A DNA stretch of 64,000 nt from an uncultured Chloroflexia bacterium (GCA_963728205.1 CAVSIV010000004.1:64001-128000); one strand, 5' to 3'; shown: positions 1 through 10,418, counted from the stretch's first letter. A program made the numbers and translations. The notes: generated by a model from the letters alone, not told the origin.

Positions 1-75
1 CGAGGCGTGGTCGGGATGACGGCCGCGATTCTCACGCCCGGGGCGCGGCGCGTCAACGCGGACGCGACACGCACG

Positions 76-164
76 CAACCACAGCGGCGGCAGACATGCC
101 GCCGACAGGGGGGCCGCTGCTGCCGGCGGTTCTGTCGGCGGCATGTCTGCCGCCGCAGTGGTTG
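76..164. repeat. REP/REPIN-like palindromic element, copy 1
   Basis: 33-nt inverted arms (76-108, 132-164) with one mismatch; each arm holds the internal hairpin CGGCGGCA-GACA-TGCCGCCG; intergenic, just downstream of the MBL gene. Confidence 0.85.
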
Positions 165-179
165 GGCCGACCTGACCGA

Positions 180-1028
180 CTACAGCGCCCGGAACCAGCG
201 CCGACCGTGAAGCCGCACCACTTCGCCCCACCCGGGCTCGGGAAGGTGCCCGCCCACCAGCCGCATCCCCTCCGCTTCGACGCGCTCGACGAGCGCGACG
301 CGCGTGCGGATGCCCTGCGCACGGTCGAGGTCGGAGCCGAACGGCCGCTCGGGCTCGCTCACGTAGAACGGGCTCACAATCACGTCGCCGGTCACCACGG
401 CCCGCTCGCCCGCGGACGCAATCAACAGGCTCATGTGACCGGGCGTGTGGCCCGGCGTCTCGATCGCGGTCACCTCGTCGGTGAGCGCGGTCTCGCCGGC
501 GAGCAAATCGAGCACGCCGCGGTCCCGCAGCGGCGCGACGAACCGCTCGATGTAGCGCGGCGGCGGCTGCCGGTGCTCGGCGTACTCGTGCCAGTCCGCG
601 CGATGGAGCAGGTAGCGCGCCCGCGGGAAGAACGGCGCGCCCGCGCCGTCGAGACTCCACCCGACGTGGTCGGGGTGCGCGTGCGTGAAGAACACCGTGT
701 CAACGTCGCCGGGCGCGACGCCGGCGCGCACCATCGAGTCGGGCAGGCAGCCCTCGAGCCCGGCGTAGCGGGGGTACGGCCCAACGCCGACGCCGAGGTC
801 GACGACAATCGACCGTCCCCGCGACCGCAGCAGGTAGCAGCCGTTGTGGATGCGCCAGTGATGCTCGTCGCCGTGGAAGCCGTCGGGGTGGCGCGCGTGG
901 TAGGCCGCCCAGTCCGCGGGCGCGGCGTCGGCGTCGACGTCGCGCCCCATCGGGTGCCCGCCGAGGTTCGCCGCGCCGTCGGGCAGCGACACCACCTCCA
1001 CGTTGCCCACGCGCATCTGGTCGATCAT
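180..1028 (-). CDS. MBL-fold metallo-hydrolase
   Basis: THAHPDHVG (HxHxDH), TPGHTPGH, TGD and C-terminal GGH motifs; start MIDQMRVG preceded by GGGAGGG. Confidence 0.9.
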   Translation of the reverse strand: MIDQMRVGNVEVVSLPDGAANLGGHPMGRDVDADAAPADWAAYHARHPDGFHGDEHHWRIHNGCYLLRSRGRSIVVDLGVGVGPYPRYAGLEGCLPDSMVRAGVAPGDVDTVFFTHAHPDHVGWSLDGAGAPFFPRARYLLHRADWHEYAEHRQPPPRYIERFVAPLRDRGVLDLLAGETALTDEVTAIETPGHTPGHMSLLIASAGERAVVTGDVIVSPFYVSEPERPFGSDLDRAQGIRTRVALVERVEAEGMRLVGGHLPEPGWGEVVRLHGRRWFRAL

Positions 1029-1070
1029 GCCGTCGCCCTCCCGGGCGGGAGTATGACACGATGCCGGGCG

Positions 1071-1688
1071 ATGACCGCCACCGACGCGACCCGCGACCCG
1101 TCCCCCCCGAGCGATCCCGAGCTCAACGCGTGGCTGCGCGGCGTCGCCGACGTCGACCGCCCGCGGCGCGTCGTCCGCGTCGACGACGACCGCATCCTCG
1201 TGTCGAAGTTCGAGCCGGGTTTCGCCGCGCGCCTGCACGAGCTCCTCGACCTCATGCCGGAGCTGCTCGACGAGGGGTCGGTGGTCGCCGCGTACGACCG
1301 GCTCGCGGCCGCGACCGACCCCGGCGCCTCGCGCACCGCGACCTGGCGCGAGGCGCTGCACGCTGCGCTGCGCGCCGCGGGCGAGCGCCACGCGATCCCC
1401 GACCTGCGCCAGGCCGAGGTGCGCACCGGCATCGACTCGGTCGCCGCGGTGCTCGACTCGGTGCTGTGGACCGACCCGAAGGTCGGCGCGGACTACGCGC
1501 CCGGCGCGGGCGAGGTGGACGCGTACCGCGACGGTCTGCAGAGCCTCGATCCCGGCCGCGACCTGTTCACGCGCCACTACGGCGTGTGGGACGGGCGGGC
1601 CGTGGTGAACCATTGCCCCGGTGCCGCCTTCGCGCGGGTGATGCTCGCCCACGCCTGGCGGGCGTGCACGGGAACGCCCGCGCCCTAG
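1071..1688 (+). CDS. hypothetical protein (~205 aa)
   Basis: C-terminal part of ORF 96..1688 with typical high-GC codon usage and globular composition; divergent from the MBL gene; family not recognised. Confidence 0.7.
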   Translation: MTATDATRDPSPPSDPELNAWLRGVADVDRPRRVVRVDDDRILVSKFEPGFAARLHELLDLMPELLDEGSVVAAYDRLAAATDPGASRTATWREALHAALRAAGERHAIPDLRQAEVRTGIDSVAAVLDSVLWTDPKVGADYAPGAGEVDAYRDGLQSLDPGRDLFTRHYGVWDGRAVVNHCPGAAFARVMLAHAWRACTGTPAP

Positions 1689-1690
1689 GC

Positions 1691-1811
1691 GCGCGGCAGG
1701 CGTGAGGCCTCCGTCGGAACGTCAAAGCGGCGGCAGACATGCCGCCGACAGAAGCGCGGCGCCAGCCGCGGACAGCATCCGCAGCCTGGCGGCGGCATGT
1801 CTGCCGCCGCT
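1691..1811. repeat. REP/REPIN-like palindromic element, copy 2
   Basis: AGCGGCGGCAGACATGCCGCCG from 1726 and its inverse ending at 1811; between convergent genes; flank and spacer align with the copy at 60321-60442. Confidence 0.85.
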
Positions 1812-1854
1812 GAGGGAGACCGTGAGGCGCTCACAATCGACGGCCGGCCTCAGC

Positions 1855-3384
1855 TCAGTCCTGCCGCGCGCCCAGCCGCTCCCGCACCGCGTGGCGCTGC
1901 ACCTTGCCCGACGCGGTGCGTGGCAGCGGCTCCCCCCACAGCGCGATCGCCCGCGGCACTTTGTAGCCGGCGAGTCGCTCGCGCAGGAACGACTGCAGCG
2001 CCGCCTCGTCCGTGTCGTCGCCGTCCCCGGCGACCACCACCACCGCGGTCACGCGCTGACCCCACCGCTCGTCGGGCACGCCCACGACCGCGCACTCCAC
2101 GACGGCCGGGTGCGCGAGCAGCGCCGACTCCACCTCCGCGGGATAGACGTTCTCGCCGCCGCTCACGATCAGGTCGTCGCGGCGGTCCACCACGGTGAGG
2201 TAGCCCGCGTCGTCCACCGTCCCGAGGTCGCCGGTGTGCAGCCAGCCGTCGCGCAGCGCCTCCGCCGTCGCATCCGGCCGGCCCAGGTAGCCCGGCGTCA
2301 CGGTCGGCCCGGCGACGAGGATCTCGCCGACCTCGCCGGCCTCGGCGCGGCGGCCGGCGACGTCGATGCACAGCGTCGTTCCGGCGAGCGGCAGGCCCGC
2401 GGACCCGAGCCGGCGCAGCGCCTCGTCCGGCGCGAGCGTGCTCACCTGCGAGGTCGCCTCGGTCAGCCCGTACGTCTGCAGCACCGGCATGCCGCGGTCG
2501 CGCGCCGCCTCGAGCAGCGGGCGTGGCGCGGGGCCGCCGCCGAGCAGCACCGCGCGCAGCGTCGCGGGATAGGCCGCTCCGTCCGCGGCGAGCATCCGCT
2601 GCAGCATCGTCGCGACGACCGAGAGCAGCGTGATGCGCTCCTCGCGCAGCGCGCGGTTCACTCGCGACTCGTCGAACCGCTCCTGGATCACGGCGGTCGT
2701 GCCGTAGATCGCGGAGCGCAGCAGGATGCTCAGCCCGCCGACGTGAAACAGGGGCATGCAGGCGAGCCAGCGGTCGTCGGGCTCGACGCCGAGGTTCGCG
2801 GCCGAGCCGGCGGCGCTCCAGTAGAAGTTGCCGTGCGTGAGCAGCGCGCCCTTCGGCCGGCCGGTGGTGCCGGACGTGTAGATCACGCTGTGCGGCCGCG
2901 CCGGGTTGACCGCGCGCTCCGCGAGCAGCGGGTCGCCCGGCGCCGCGTCGGCGCCGGCGACCGCCTCCGCCTCCACCACGGTCGCGCCGGCGTCGGCGGC
3001 GACCGCCGCCGCGACGTCGCGCGACGCGGCGTCGGCGACGACCAGCCGCGCGCCGGCGTCGCGCACCTGCCACACCATCTCGCCCGGCCGCAGGCGCGCG
3101 TTCAGCGGCATCAGCGCGCCGCCGGCGCGCGGCACGGCGTGCGCGACAATCGCGAACGCGGCGCCCGCTTCCATCAGCACCGCCACCGGCTCGCCCGGCG
3201 CGTCGAGCCGCGCGGCCAGCGCGGCGGCGGCGCCCGCGACGCGGCGGTGCAGCGCGGCGTAGGTGAAGGCGCCGTCCGGCGCCTCGATCGCGGGGTGCGC
3301 CGCGTGGGTGCGCGCGCGCAGCGCCATCCAGTCGGCGAGCGCGACGGCGGGCGGCGCGCCCGCCGCGTCGGCGTGGCTCGTCAC
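1855..3384 (-). CDS. menE: o-succinylbenzoate--CoA ligase
   Basis: YTSGTTGRPKG, TYGLTE, WLHTGD, SGGENVYPAEVE and LPRTASGK motifs; GTGA overlap with menC stop; men cluster. Confidence 0.92.
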   Translation of the reverse strand: MTSHADAAGAPPAVALADWMALRARTHAAHPAIEAPDGAFTYAALHRRVAGAAAALAARLDAPGEPVAVLMEAGAAFAIVAHAVPRAGGALMPLNARLRPGEMVWQVRDAGARLVVADAASRDVAAAVAADAGATVVEAEAVAGADAAPGDPLLAERAVNPARPHSVIYTSGTTGRPKGALLTHGNFYWSAAGSAANLGVEPDDRWLACMPLFHVGGLSILLRSAIYGTTAVIQERFDESRVNRALREERITLLSVVATMLQRMLAADGAAYPATLRAVLLGGGPAPRPLLEAARDRGMPVLQTYGLTEATSQVSTLAPDEALRRLGSAGLPLAGTTLCIDVAGRRAEAGEVGEILVAGPTVTPGYLGRPDATAEALRDGWLHTGDLGTVDDAGYLTVVDRRDDLIVSGGENVYPAEVESALLAHPAVVECAVVGVPDERWGQRVTAVVVVAGDGDDTDEAALQSFLRERLAGYKVPRAIALWGEPLPRTASGKVQRHAVRERLGARQD

Positions 3385-4502
3385 ACGCTCGCCTCGCGCC
3401 ACGGGCTGGTCGCCACGGCGTCGAGGGCGGCGGCGTCGTAGTCGACCCCGAGCCCGGACGCCCCCGGCAGCGCGAGCCGCCCGGCGCGCGGCCGCAGCGT
3501 CTTCGCCACGACGTCGGCGGCGAGATGCTCGCCGGTGCCGAGCCCGTGCGCCGCGTCGGACGGCAGCGCGGCGGCCAGCTGCAGCGCGGCCGCGATGCCG
3601 ATCGACGAGTCGTAGGTCGTCGTGACGAAGGCGCCCATGCCCTGCTCCGCCGCGCGCCGCGCGATCGCGAGCGCCGGCCGCAGCCCGCCCAGCAGCATCG
3701 GCTTCAGCACCACGAGGTCCGCCGCCTTCGTCCGCAGCACCTCCTCGCGCGAGTCGGCACGCTGCACCGACTCGTCGGCGGCGATGCGCAGCGGGGCGGT
3801 CTGGCGCACGCGGCCGAGCGCCGCGACATCGTCGGCCGCGACCGGCTGCTCGAGCAGCTCGATGCGCTGCGGGTACAGCAGCGCGATGGCCTCGCGCGCC
3901 GTCGCCTCGTCCCACGCGCAGTTCGCGTCGATGCGGATGGTCGCCTCCGGGCAGGCCTCGCGCAGGCGCTCGATGCGCAGCAGGTCTTCGCGCACCGACG
4001 TCATCCCGACCTTCACCTTGAGCACCGAGTAGCCGGCTTCGAGCGCCTCCAGGCCGTGCTGCGCGACCTCGCGCGCCGGCCCGCCGCCGATGATCGCGTT
4101 CGCAGCCACCCATGGGGCAGGCTCCTCGGCGAGCAGCGCCGCGATCGGCAGATCGCGCGCGCGCGCCTCGCGGTCGAGGTCGGCGACGTCGAGCGCGCAG
4201 CGCAGCGCCGGCGCACCGGCGACGTCGCCGAGCGCATCCGCCGCCCCGGGCGCGAGTACCCCGGCGCGGAGCGCACGCAGCAACTCGGCGCCGTGCGCGT
4301 CGAGCAGCGCGAGCACGTCCGCGACCACCCCCTGGCCGAGCGCCGGCAGCGGCGACGCCTCGCCGACGCCGCGCCCGCCGTCGGCGTCGCGCACCTCGAT
4401 GAGCACGCCCTCGCGGTCGTCGAGCGCGCCCGTCGCCGTCTCGAAGCGCGCACGCATCGGCAGCCGGAACGGCCGCCACCGGATCGTCGCAGGCTCGGTC
4501 AC
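3381..4502 (-). CDS. menC: o-succinylbenzoate synthase (enolase superfamily)
   Basis: LKVKVG, RIDAN, LLEQP, AADES and VLKP motifs; GTGA overlap with menA. Confidence 0.9.
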   Translation of the reverse strand: MTEPATIRWRPFRLPMRARFETATGALDDREGVLIEVRDADGGRGVGEASPLPALGQGVVADVLALLDAHGAELLRALRAGVLAPGAADALGDVAGAPALRCALDVADLDREARARDLPIAALLAEEPAPWVAANAIIGGGPAREVAQHGLEALEAGYSVLKVKVGMTSVREDLLRIERLREACPEATIRIDANCAWDEATAREAIALLYPQRIELLEQPVAADDVAALGRVRQTAPLRIAADESVQRADSREEVLRTKAADLVVLKPMLLGGLRPALAIARRAAEQGMGAFVTTTYDSSIGIAAALQLAAALPSDAAHGLGTGEHLAADVVAKTLRPRAGRLALPGASGLGVDYDAAALDAVATSPWREASV

Positions 4503-5407
4503 AGCAGCACCCCCACCGCGAGCAGGATCCCGAACACGATGTGCAGCCGCGCAGTCGCCTTCAGCGCGCCGTTGAGCGGCGGGCCGTCGGTTCGCGTGAG
4601 CACCGCGCGCACGGGGGCGATCGCGAGCGGGAGGCTCAACCACGCGACGAGCACGCCCGCCGAGAACCCGGCGAGCGGCCACAGCAGCGCCGCGGCGACA
4701 TAGGCCGCCGCCACGGTCAGCACGTACTGGATGCGCGCGCGCGGCCGGCCGAGCATCACGGCGATCGTGTGCTTGCCGGCGGCGCGGTCGGTGTCGACGT
4801 CGCGCACGTTGTTCACGACGAGGATCGCGGTGACGGTGAAGCCGATCGGCACCGCCGCGGCGACGGCGCTCCCGGTGAGCGCGCCGGCCTGCACGAAGTA
4901 CGTGCCGGCGACCGCGACGAGCCCGAAGAAGATGAAGACGAAGACCTCCCCGAGCCCGCGGTAGCCGAACGGCCACGGCCCGCCCGTATAGGTGATGGCC
5001 GCCGCGATCGAAGCGAGCCCGACCGCGATCACCGGCCACCCGGCGACCCACGTGAGGTACAGGCCGGCGACGGCGGCCAGCCCGAAGACCGCCCACATGC
5101 CGGCGAGCACCTGCCGCTCCGTGAGGATGCCCTGCGCGGTCACGCGCAACGGGCCGAGGCGCGTCTCGGTGTCGGCGCCGCGCCGGAAATCGGAGACGTC
5201 GTTCGCGAGGTTCGCGCCGACCTGCAGCAGCAGCGCGCCGAGCAGCGCCGCGAGCGCCGGCCACGGCGCGAAGACGCCGTCGCGCTGCGCGAGCGCGGTG
5301 CCGACGAGCACGGGCGCGACGGCGGCCGGCAGCGTGGCCGGCCGGCTGGCGAGCAGCCACGCCTGCGCGCGGCTCGGTCGGGACGCGGACTGCGAGAGCG
5401 ACGTCAC
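4499..5407 (-). CDS. menA: 1,4-dihydroxy-2-naphthoate polyprenyltransferase
   Basis: RPATL, NLANDVSDFRRGAD, YTGGPWPFGY and VNNVRDVDTD motifs; multi-TM UbiA fold. Confidence 0.93.
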   Translation of the reverse strand: MTSLSQSASRPSRAQAWLLASRPATLPAAVAPVLVGTALAQRDGVFAPWPALAALLGALLLQVGANLANDVSDFRRGADTETRLGPLRVTAQGILTERQVLAGMWAVFGLAAVAGLYLTWVAGWPVIAVGLASIAAAITYTGGPWPFGYRGLGEVFVFIFFGLVAVAGTYFVQAGALTGSAVAAAVPIGFTVTAILVVNNVRDVDTDRAAGKHTIAVMLGRPRARIQYVLTVAAAYVAAALLWPLAGFSAGVLVAWLSLPLAIAPVRAVLTRTDGPPLNGALKATARLHIVFGILLAVGVLL

Positions 5408-5508
5408 CGGCGACCCCTCCGGTTCGGGCGGGAGGCCCGCGCCGGGGCGGGCGTCCGTGCCCGACCCCACCTCACGCGGCCTCCGCGCTCTGACGCGAGA
5501 TCGGCAAC

Positions 5509-6345
5509 CTACCGGCTGCCGCTCGTGCCGTGCACACGGCGCAGGAACTCGAGCACGAGCGAGTGGAACTCGTCCGGCTGCTCGAGGTGGGCGGCATGCC
5601 CGGCACCGTCGATCTGGCGAACGGTGGCGTCCGGCAGCGACCCCGCCATCTCCCGCGCGATCTGCGAGAACTTCGCGTCGAGAGTACCGGTCACCAGCAG
5701 CACGGGCACGCCGATCTCCGCGAGGCGCGCGTGGACCGGCTCCTGCGCGCCGGTACCCATCCCGCGCAGGCTGTTCGCGAGGCCGGTCGCGCGCTGCGAC
5801 ATCCGCTGCGCGCGCAGCGCCTCGTGCTGCACCGGCGACAGCGTCTCGCGCTGGCTCGCCCACAGCGGCAGCGACCCCCAGTAGTCGACGAACCAGTCCA
5901 GGCCGTCGCGCTCGATGCGGTCCGCGAGCGCCTCGTCCGACGCGACGCGCGCCGCCCGCTCCCCGGGGTCGGCGAGGCCGGGCGTGGCGCCCTCGAGCAC
6001 CAGCGCGGACACCACCTCCGGGTGGCGCGCCGCGACCTGGAGCGCAACGCGGCCGCCGAGTGAGTAGCCCAGCCACGTCGCGCGCTCGTAGCCGAGGCGA
6101 TGGAGCAGTGCGGCGAGATCGTCGACGGCGCGGTGCATGCGGTAGCGGTCCACCTCCGTTGGCGAGCCGGAGAGGCCGTGGCCGACGAGGTCGACGGAGA
6201 GCGTCGTGAACTCGGCGTCGAGCGCGCGCACGAGCGGCCGCCACGTCTCACGCGAGCCGGTGAAGCCGTGGATGAGGACGACCGGCGGGCCCATGCCGTA
6301 GCGGTCGACGTTCAGCGCGAGCCCATCGACCTCGACGTGCGGCAC
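5509..6345 (-). CDS. menH: SHCHC synthase (alpha/beta hydrolase)
   Basis: HGFTGS, GYSLGGR and AGHAAHLEQP motifs; between menD and menA. Confidence 0.9.
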   Translation of the reverse strand: MPHVEVDGLALNVDRYGMGPPVVLIHGFTGSRETWRPLVRALDAEFTTLSVDLVGHGLSGSPTEVDRYRMHRAVDDLAALLHRLGYERATWLGYSLGGRVALQVAARHPEVVSALVLEGATPGLADPGERAARVASDEALADRIERDGLDWFVDYWGSLPLWASQRETLSPVQHEALRAQRMSQRATGLANSLRGMGTGAQEPVHARLAEIGVPVLLVTGTLDAKFSQIAREMAGSLPDATVRQIDGAGHAAHLEQPDEFHSLVLEFLRRVHGTSGSR

Positions 6346-6347
6346 CG

Positions 6348-8114
6348 CTAGTCCCCGGCGGGCGTCGCCACGGCGACGGCCCCGCGCACCGCCTCCGCGA
6401 CGCGCGCCCACACCTGGCGGTGGAGCGCGACGTTGCGGTCGCGCTCGGTGCGCAGCTCGAGGACGTCGAGGCCCGGGCGGGCGAGCGCGGCGGCGATGGC
6501 GGCGGTGATGTCGGTGGCGCCGTCGAGCACCCCGTGGCGGCCGCCGTGCAGCGCGACCGCGTGCGCGAGGTCGAGGCCGTGCGGCGTGCCGAACCACGGC
6601 TCGAACTGGTCGGGCGCCTGCTGGCGCTGCGGCAGGAAGTGGAAGATGCCGCCGCCGTCGTTGTTCACGAGCAGCACCGTGAGGTCGAGCCCGTGGCGGC
6701 CGACGGGCCACAGCCCGTTGAGGTCGTGTAGGAACGAGAGGTCGCCGATCAGCAGCGCAACGGGCCCGCTGCGGGCGGCGGCGGCGCCGGCCGCGGTGGA
6801 CACGACGCCGTCGATGCCGGACGCGCCGCGCGTGCCGACGATGCGGATGCGCCGGTTGGTCGCCGGGAAGAACGAGTCGATGTCGCGGACGGGCATGCTG
6901 TTGCCGGCGACGAGCGTCGCGCCGTCGGGCAGCGCGTCGGCCAGGGCGAGCGGGAGCGCGCCCTCGAAGGGCTCGCCGAGCGCGGTGACGGCGTCGCGCA
7001 GCACGCCGCGGGCGGCGCCGTTGGCGGCGACCCACGTGCGGCGCCAGCCCGCGTCCGCGGCCGCGCGTCCCGCCAGCGCGGCGCCGAGCGCCGCGCAGAA
7101 CGCCGCGGGGTCGGCCGTGACCATCGCGGTCGCGACCTGCTCCGGGTCGCGCCAGCCGCCGGCCGGGTCGACGACGACGGCCTCGAGCCCGGCGATGCCG
7201 CCGAGCCACTGGTTGAGCGGCTTCGAGGTCATGCCGGCGCCGAAGCGGATCACCACCTCCGGCTCGGCCGCGTCGAGGAACGCCGGCTCGCGGACCAGCG
7301 CGTCGTAGGTCTCGACGACGCCGTCCAGCGCGTGATCGCCGGCGCGCAGCCCGGAGAGCGGGTCCGCGAGCACGGGCCAGCCAAGCGCGTCGGCGAGGGC
7401 AACGATGGCGTCCGCGGGGAGGCCCATCGACTCCGGACCGCAGAGGACGAGGCCGCGCCGCCCGGTGCAGGCCTCCGCGAGGCGGGCGACGTCTGCGGAC
7501 GCCGGCTCGCGACGCCCGGGCGTCGTGGGCGCGAGGGTCGCGCCGCCGGCGGTCGCGAAGCGCGGCGGCCCGCCGGGCTCGAGCAGCGGCTCGCGGAACG
7601 GGAGGTTCACGTGCACCGGCCCCGGCGGCGCCTCGAGCGCGAGCGCGGCGATGCGCGCGGCCGTCGCCGCCCACGCGCGCTCCACCGCCGGATCGCCGTC
7701 GGCGACCGGCAGGTCGGCGGCCCACTTCGCGTGGCTGCCGTACATGCGCACCTGGTCGATGGTCTGCGGCGCGCCGATGTCGCGCAGCTCGGTGGGCCGG
7801 TCGGCGGTGAGCACGAGCAGCGGCACACGCGACAGCCGCGCCTCGACGACCGCGGGCAGGAAGTTCGCGGCCGCGGTGCCCGAGGTGCACGAGACCGCGA
7901 CCGGTCGCCCGGTCTGACGCGCGAGCCCGAGCGCGAAGTAGCCGGCGGAGCGCTCGTCGAGGTGAAGGAGGGTCTCGAACGGGCTGTCCGGCAGCGACGC
8001 CGCGAGCGTGAGCGGGGTGTTGCGGGAGCCCGGCGCGATCACGATGTGGCGCACACCGCTGCGCGCGAGCTGCGCGAAGAACGCGAGGACGGCGCGGTCG
8101 GCGGGTGGGGTCAT
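6348..8114 (-). CDS. menD: SEPHCHC synthase (ThDP-dependent)
   Basis: APGSRNTPL, DERSAGYFALG, CTSGTAAAN, RGASGIDG and GDLSFLHD...NNDGGGIF motifs. Confidence 0.95.
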   Translation of the reverse strand: MTPPADRAVLAFFAQLARSGVRHIVIAPGSRNTPLTLAASLPDSPFETLLHLDERSAGYFALGLARQTGRPVAVSCTSGTAAANFLPAVVEARLSRVPLLVLTADRPTELRDIGAPQTIDQVRMYGSHAKWAADLPVADGDPAVERAWAATAARIAALALEAPPGPVHVNLPFREPLLEPGGPPRFATAGGATLAPTTPGRREPASADVARLAEACTGRRGLVLCGPESMGLPADAIVALADALGWPVLADPLSGLRAGDHALDGVVETYDALVREPAFLDAAEPEVVIRFGAGMTSKPLNQWLGGIAGLEAVVVDPAGGWRDPEQVATAMVTADPAAFCAALGAALAGRAAADAGWRRTWVAANGAARGVLRDAVTALGEPFEGALPLALADALPDGATLVAGNSMPVRDIDSFFPATNRRIRIVGTRGASGIDGVVSTAAGAAAARSGPVALLIGDLSFLHDLNGLWPVGRHGLDLTVLLVNNDGGGIFHFLPQRQQAPDQFEPWFGTPHGLDLAHAVALHGGRHGVLDGATDITAAIAAALARPGLDVLELRTERDRNVALHRQVWARVAEAVRGAVAVATPAGD

Positions 8115-8175
8115 GCGCCGGACAGTGTAGGCGGACGGACTGCTGGGGGCACGGCGACCGAATGCGCGTCGCGGG

Positions 8176-9001
8176 TCAGGCCGGCGGGCCCGCCGCCAGG
8201 CGCTCTCGCACCACGCGGTCCCGGTCCGCGTCCGCGACCGTCCATCGCGACTCGAGCCACCACGTGCACCCGGCATCCGCCCACGGGGCAACCGCTGCGC
8301 GCGCGGCAGCCGCGTCGGCCGCGGGCGTCTCGCCCTCCGTCACGACGTCGAAGCCGGGCCGCAGCGGGCCGCGCTCCTCGAGCCACGCGCGCATCGCCCG
8401 GATGTCGTCGGGCGTGGGGGGGCGATGCCCGTTCTCGTCCACGTAGTTCGGGAGCAGACCGTCGCAGCGCAGGACGCGCCGCATCGACTTCGGCCGCGGC
8501 CACGCGCCCACCACCCAGATCGGGACGCGCCCCTGCACGGGCCGCGCGTCCGGCGCGAGCGCGACCGCGCGCCGTGAAGTCGACGGCGTAGTGGCGGCCT
8601 TCGAAGCGCAGCCGGCCCGCCCACAGCCCCGTGATCAGGTCGATGCCCTCGTCGAGGCGCTCCGCGCGGATGCGGCGGTCCGTCTCCTCGCCGCTCTCGC
8701 CGAGCACCGGGTCCGGCGCGCCGAGGCCGACCGCGAGGATGGCGCGGCCGCCCGATACCTGGTCGAGCGTGGCGGCCTGGCTCGCGACCTTCCACGGCCG
8801 CCGCCACGGCAGCGGCGTGAGCATCGTCCCGAGGCGGATGCGCGACGTCCGCTGCGCGATGGCGGCCAGCAATGTCCAGGCGTCGACGCCGTACGCGCCC
8901 TCCCAGGCGAACACTCCGTCCCAGCCCGCCTCCTCGGCGAGCACGGCTTGCGCGAGCTGCTCGGTGGCTGAGCCGCCGGGAAGGACGAAGCCGTAACGCA
9001 T
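8176..9001 (-). CDS. LLM-class flavin-dependent oxidoreductase, one +1 frameshift near 8570 (probable sequence error)
   Basis: N-part MRYGFVLP...AEEAGWDGVF...RIRLGTMLTPLPWRRPWKVA...TLDQVSGGRAILAVGLG; C-part PVQGRVPIWVVG continues in ORF 8176..8538. Confidence 0.85.
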
Positions 9002-9062
9002 GCGGCGCATCGTAGCGGCCCGACGGAGCGCGCGGCGTGCGTGCGCGCCGCGCTCGATGCCC

Positions 9063-10418
9063 TCAGGGGAACGCGCGCCCCCCGAGCGCCCCGGCCAGCG
9101 GCCGGAACTTGAGCCGCACCTCGGACAGCTCCGACCGCGGCTCCGAGTCGCCCATGATGCCGTTGCCGGCGAACAGCCACGCGCGGTCGTCGCGCACCAG
9201 CGCCGAGCGCAGGCCCACCGCGAATTCGCCCTCGCCGTGGGTGTCCACCCAGCCGACCGGCCCCGCGTACCAGCCGCGGTCGAAGCGCTCGTGCTCGGTG
9301 ATCACGTCGCGCGCGACGTCCTGCGGGTAGCCGCACACCGCCGGCGTCGGGTGCAGACGGCGCACGAGGTCGAGCACGTCGACGCCCGGGCGCGCACGCC
9401 CGGTAATCGGCGTCGAGAGGTGCTGGATGTTCGCGAGCTTGCGCAGCGACGGCGCGTTCGGCGCGCGCAGGTCCTCGGTCGCGCCCTCGAGCCGCTCGCG
9501 GATCGCGCGCACGACGGTCTCGTGCTCGATGCGGTTCTTCGCGCTCTCCAGCAGCTCGCGGCCGAGGCGGTCGTCGTCCTCCTCGGTGGCGCCGCGCCCG
9601 ATCGATCCGGCGAGCCCGAGCGTCTCGACCTGCCGGTCGCGCAGCCGCACGAGCAGCTCCGGGCTCGCGCCGAGGAACACCGCGCCCTCCGCGCGCATCG
9701 TGAAGAGGTGACAGTCGGGATAGCCGAGGCGCAGGCGGCCGAGCGCCCCGCCGACGTCGATCGGCTCGCGCCCGCGCAGCTCCAGCGTCGTCGCCAGCAC
9801 GGCCTTCTCGTAGGCGCCGCGGCGCACCTCGGCCGCGATCGCGCCGACGCTCGCGCACCACGCCGCTTCGTCGACGCCGTGCACCTCGCGCAGCGGGTTC
9901 GGCGCGACCGTGCCGTCGGCCGGCGGGCGCAGCGCCGCGACGAGCAGCGGCTCGACCTCGGCGGCGTCCACACCCGGCGCGACCACCACGCCGCACACGG
10001 CGCCGTCCGCGACAAAGAGCAGACGCGGCAGCACGAGCCACCCCGTGCCGAAGGCCTCCCACGGACGCGTCGGCGCGGGGCCGGGGTTGAAGCGAAAGCC
10101 GCCGAGCGCGCGCGGGCGCAGCGCCGGCTCGTCGGCGTCGACGCGCACCGCGAGCATCCGGCGCGCGGCGCCGCGCGCCGCCGACGGTCCCTCGCGGCGG
10201 CGGACCGCGACGCGGCGCGTCTCGCCGACGGCGACGAGGGCCAGTCCCTGCGACGGCCGCTCGTAGGATGCGACCACGCCGTTCAGATCGGGATGCGTGA
10301 GCAGCGCGCGCGGGTCGAACGCCGGGTCGAGGCGGATCCCGTGGAAGCGGCCGTCGCCGGTGTCGACGCGCACGGCGATGCGCGTGACGGCCTCCGCGAC
10401 GCGGGGATCCGCATTCAC
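9063..10418 (-). CDS. menF: isochorismate synthase
   Basis: YEKAVLA, FLGASPELL, LAGS, KNRIEH, LHPTPAVCG, DRGWYAGPVGW and FAGNGI chorismate-binding motifs. Confidence 0.9.
   Translation of the reverse strand: MNADPRVAEAVTRIAVRVDTGDGRFHGIRLDPAFDPRALLTHPDLNGVVASYERPSQGLALVAVGETRRVAVRRREGPSAARGAARRMLAVRVDADEPALRPRALGGFRFNPGPAPTRPWEAFGTGWLVLPRLLFVADGAVCGVVVAPGVDAAEVEPLLVAALRPPADGTVAPNPLREVHGVDEAAWCASVGAIAAEVRRGAYEKAVLATTLELRGREPIDVGGALGRLRLGYPDCHLFTMRAEGAVFLGASPELLVRLRDRQVETLGLAGSIGRGATEEDDDRLGRELLESAKNRIEHETVVRAIRERLEGATEDLRAPNAPSLRKLANIQHLSTPITGRARPGVDVLDLVRRLHPTPAVCGYPQDVARDVITEHERFDRGWYAGPVGWVDTHGEGEFAVGLRSALVRDDRAWLFAGNGIMGDSEPRSELSEVRLKFRPLAGALGGRAFP

Noticed and set aside
76-1811. Palindromic repeats as a CRISPR array
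   Set aside because: Units are inverted pairs dispersed over 60 kb, not tandem direct repeats with unique spacers. No cas genes are present.
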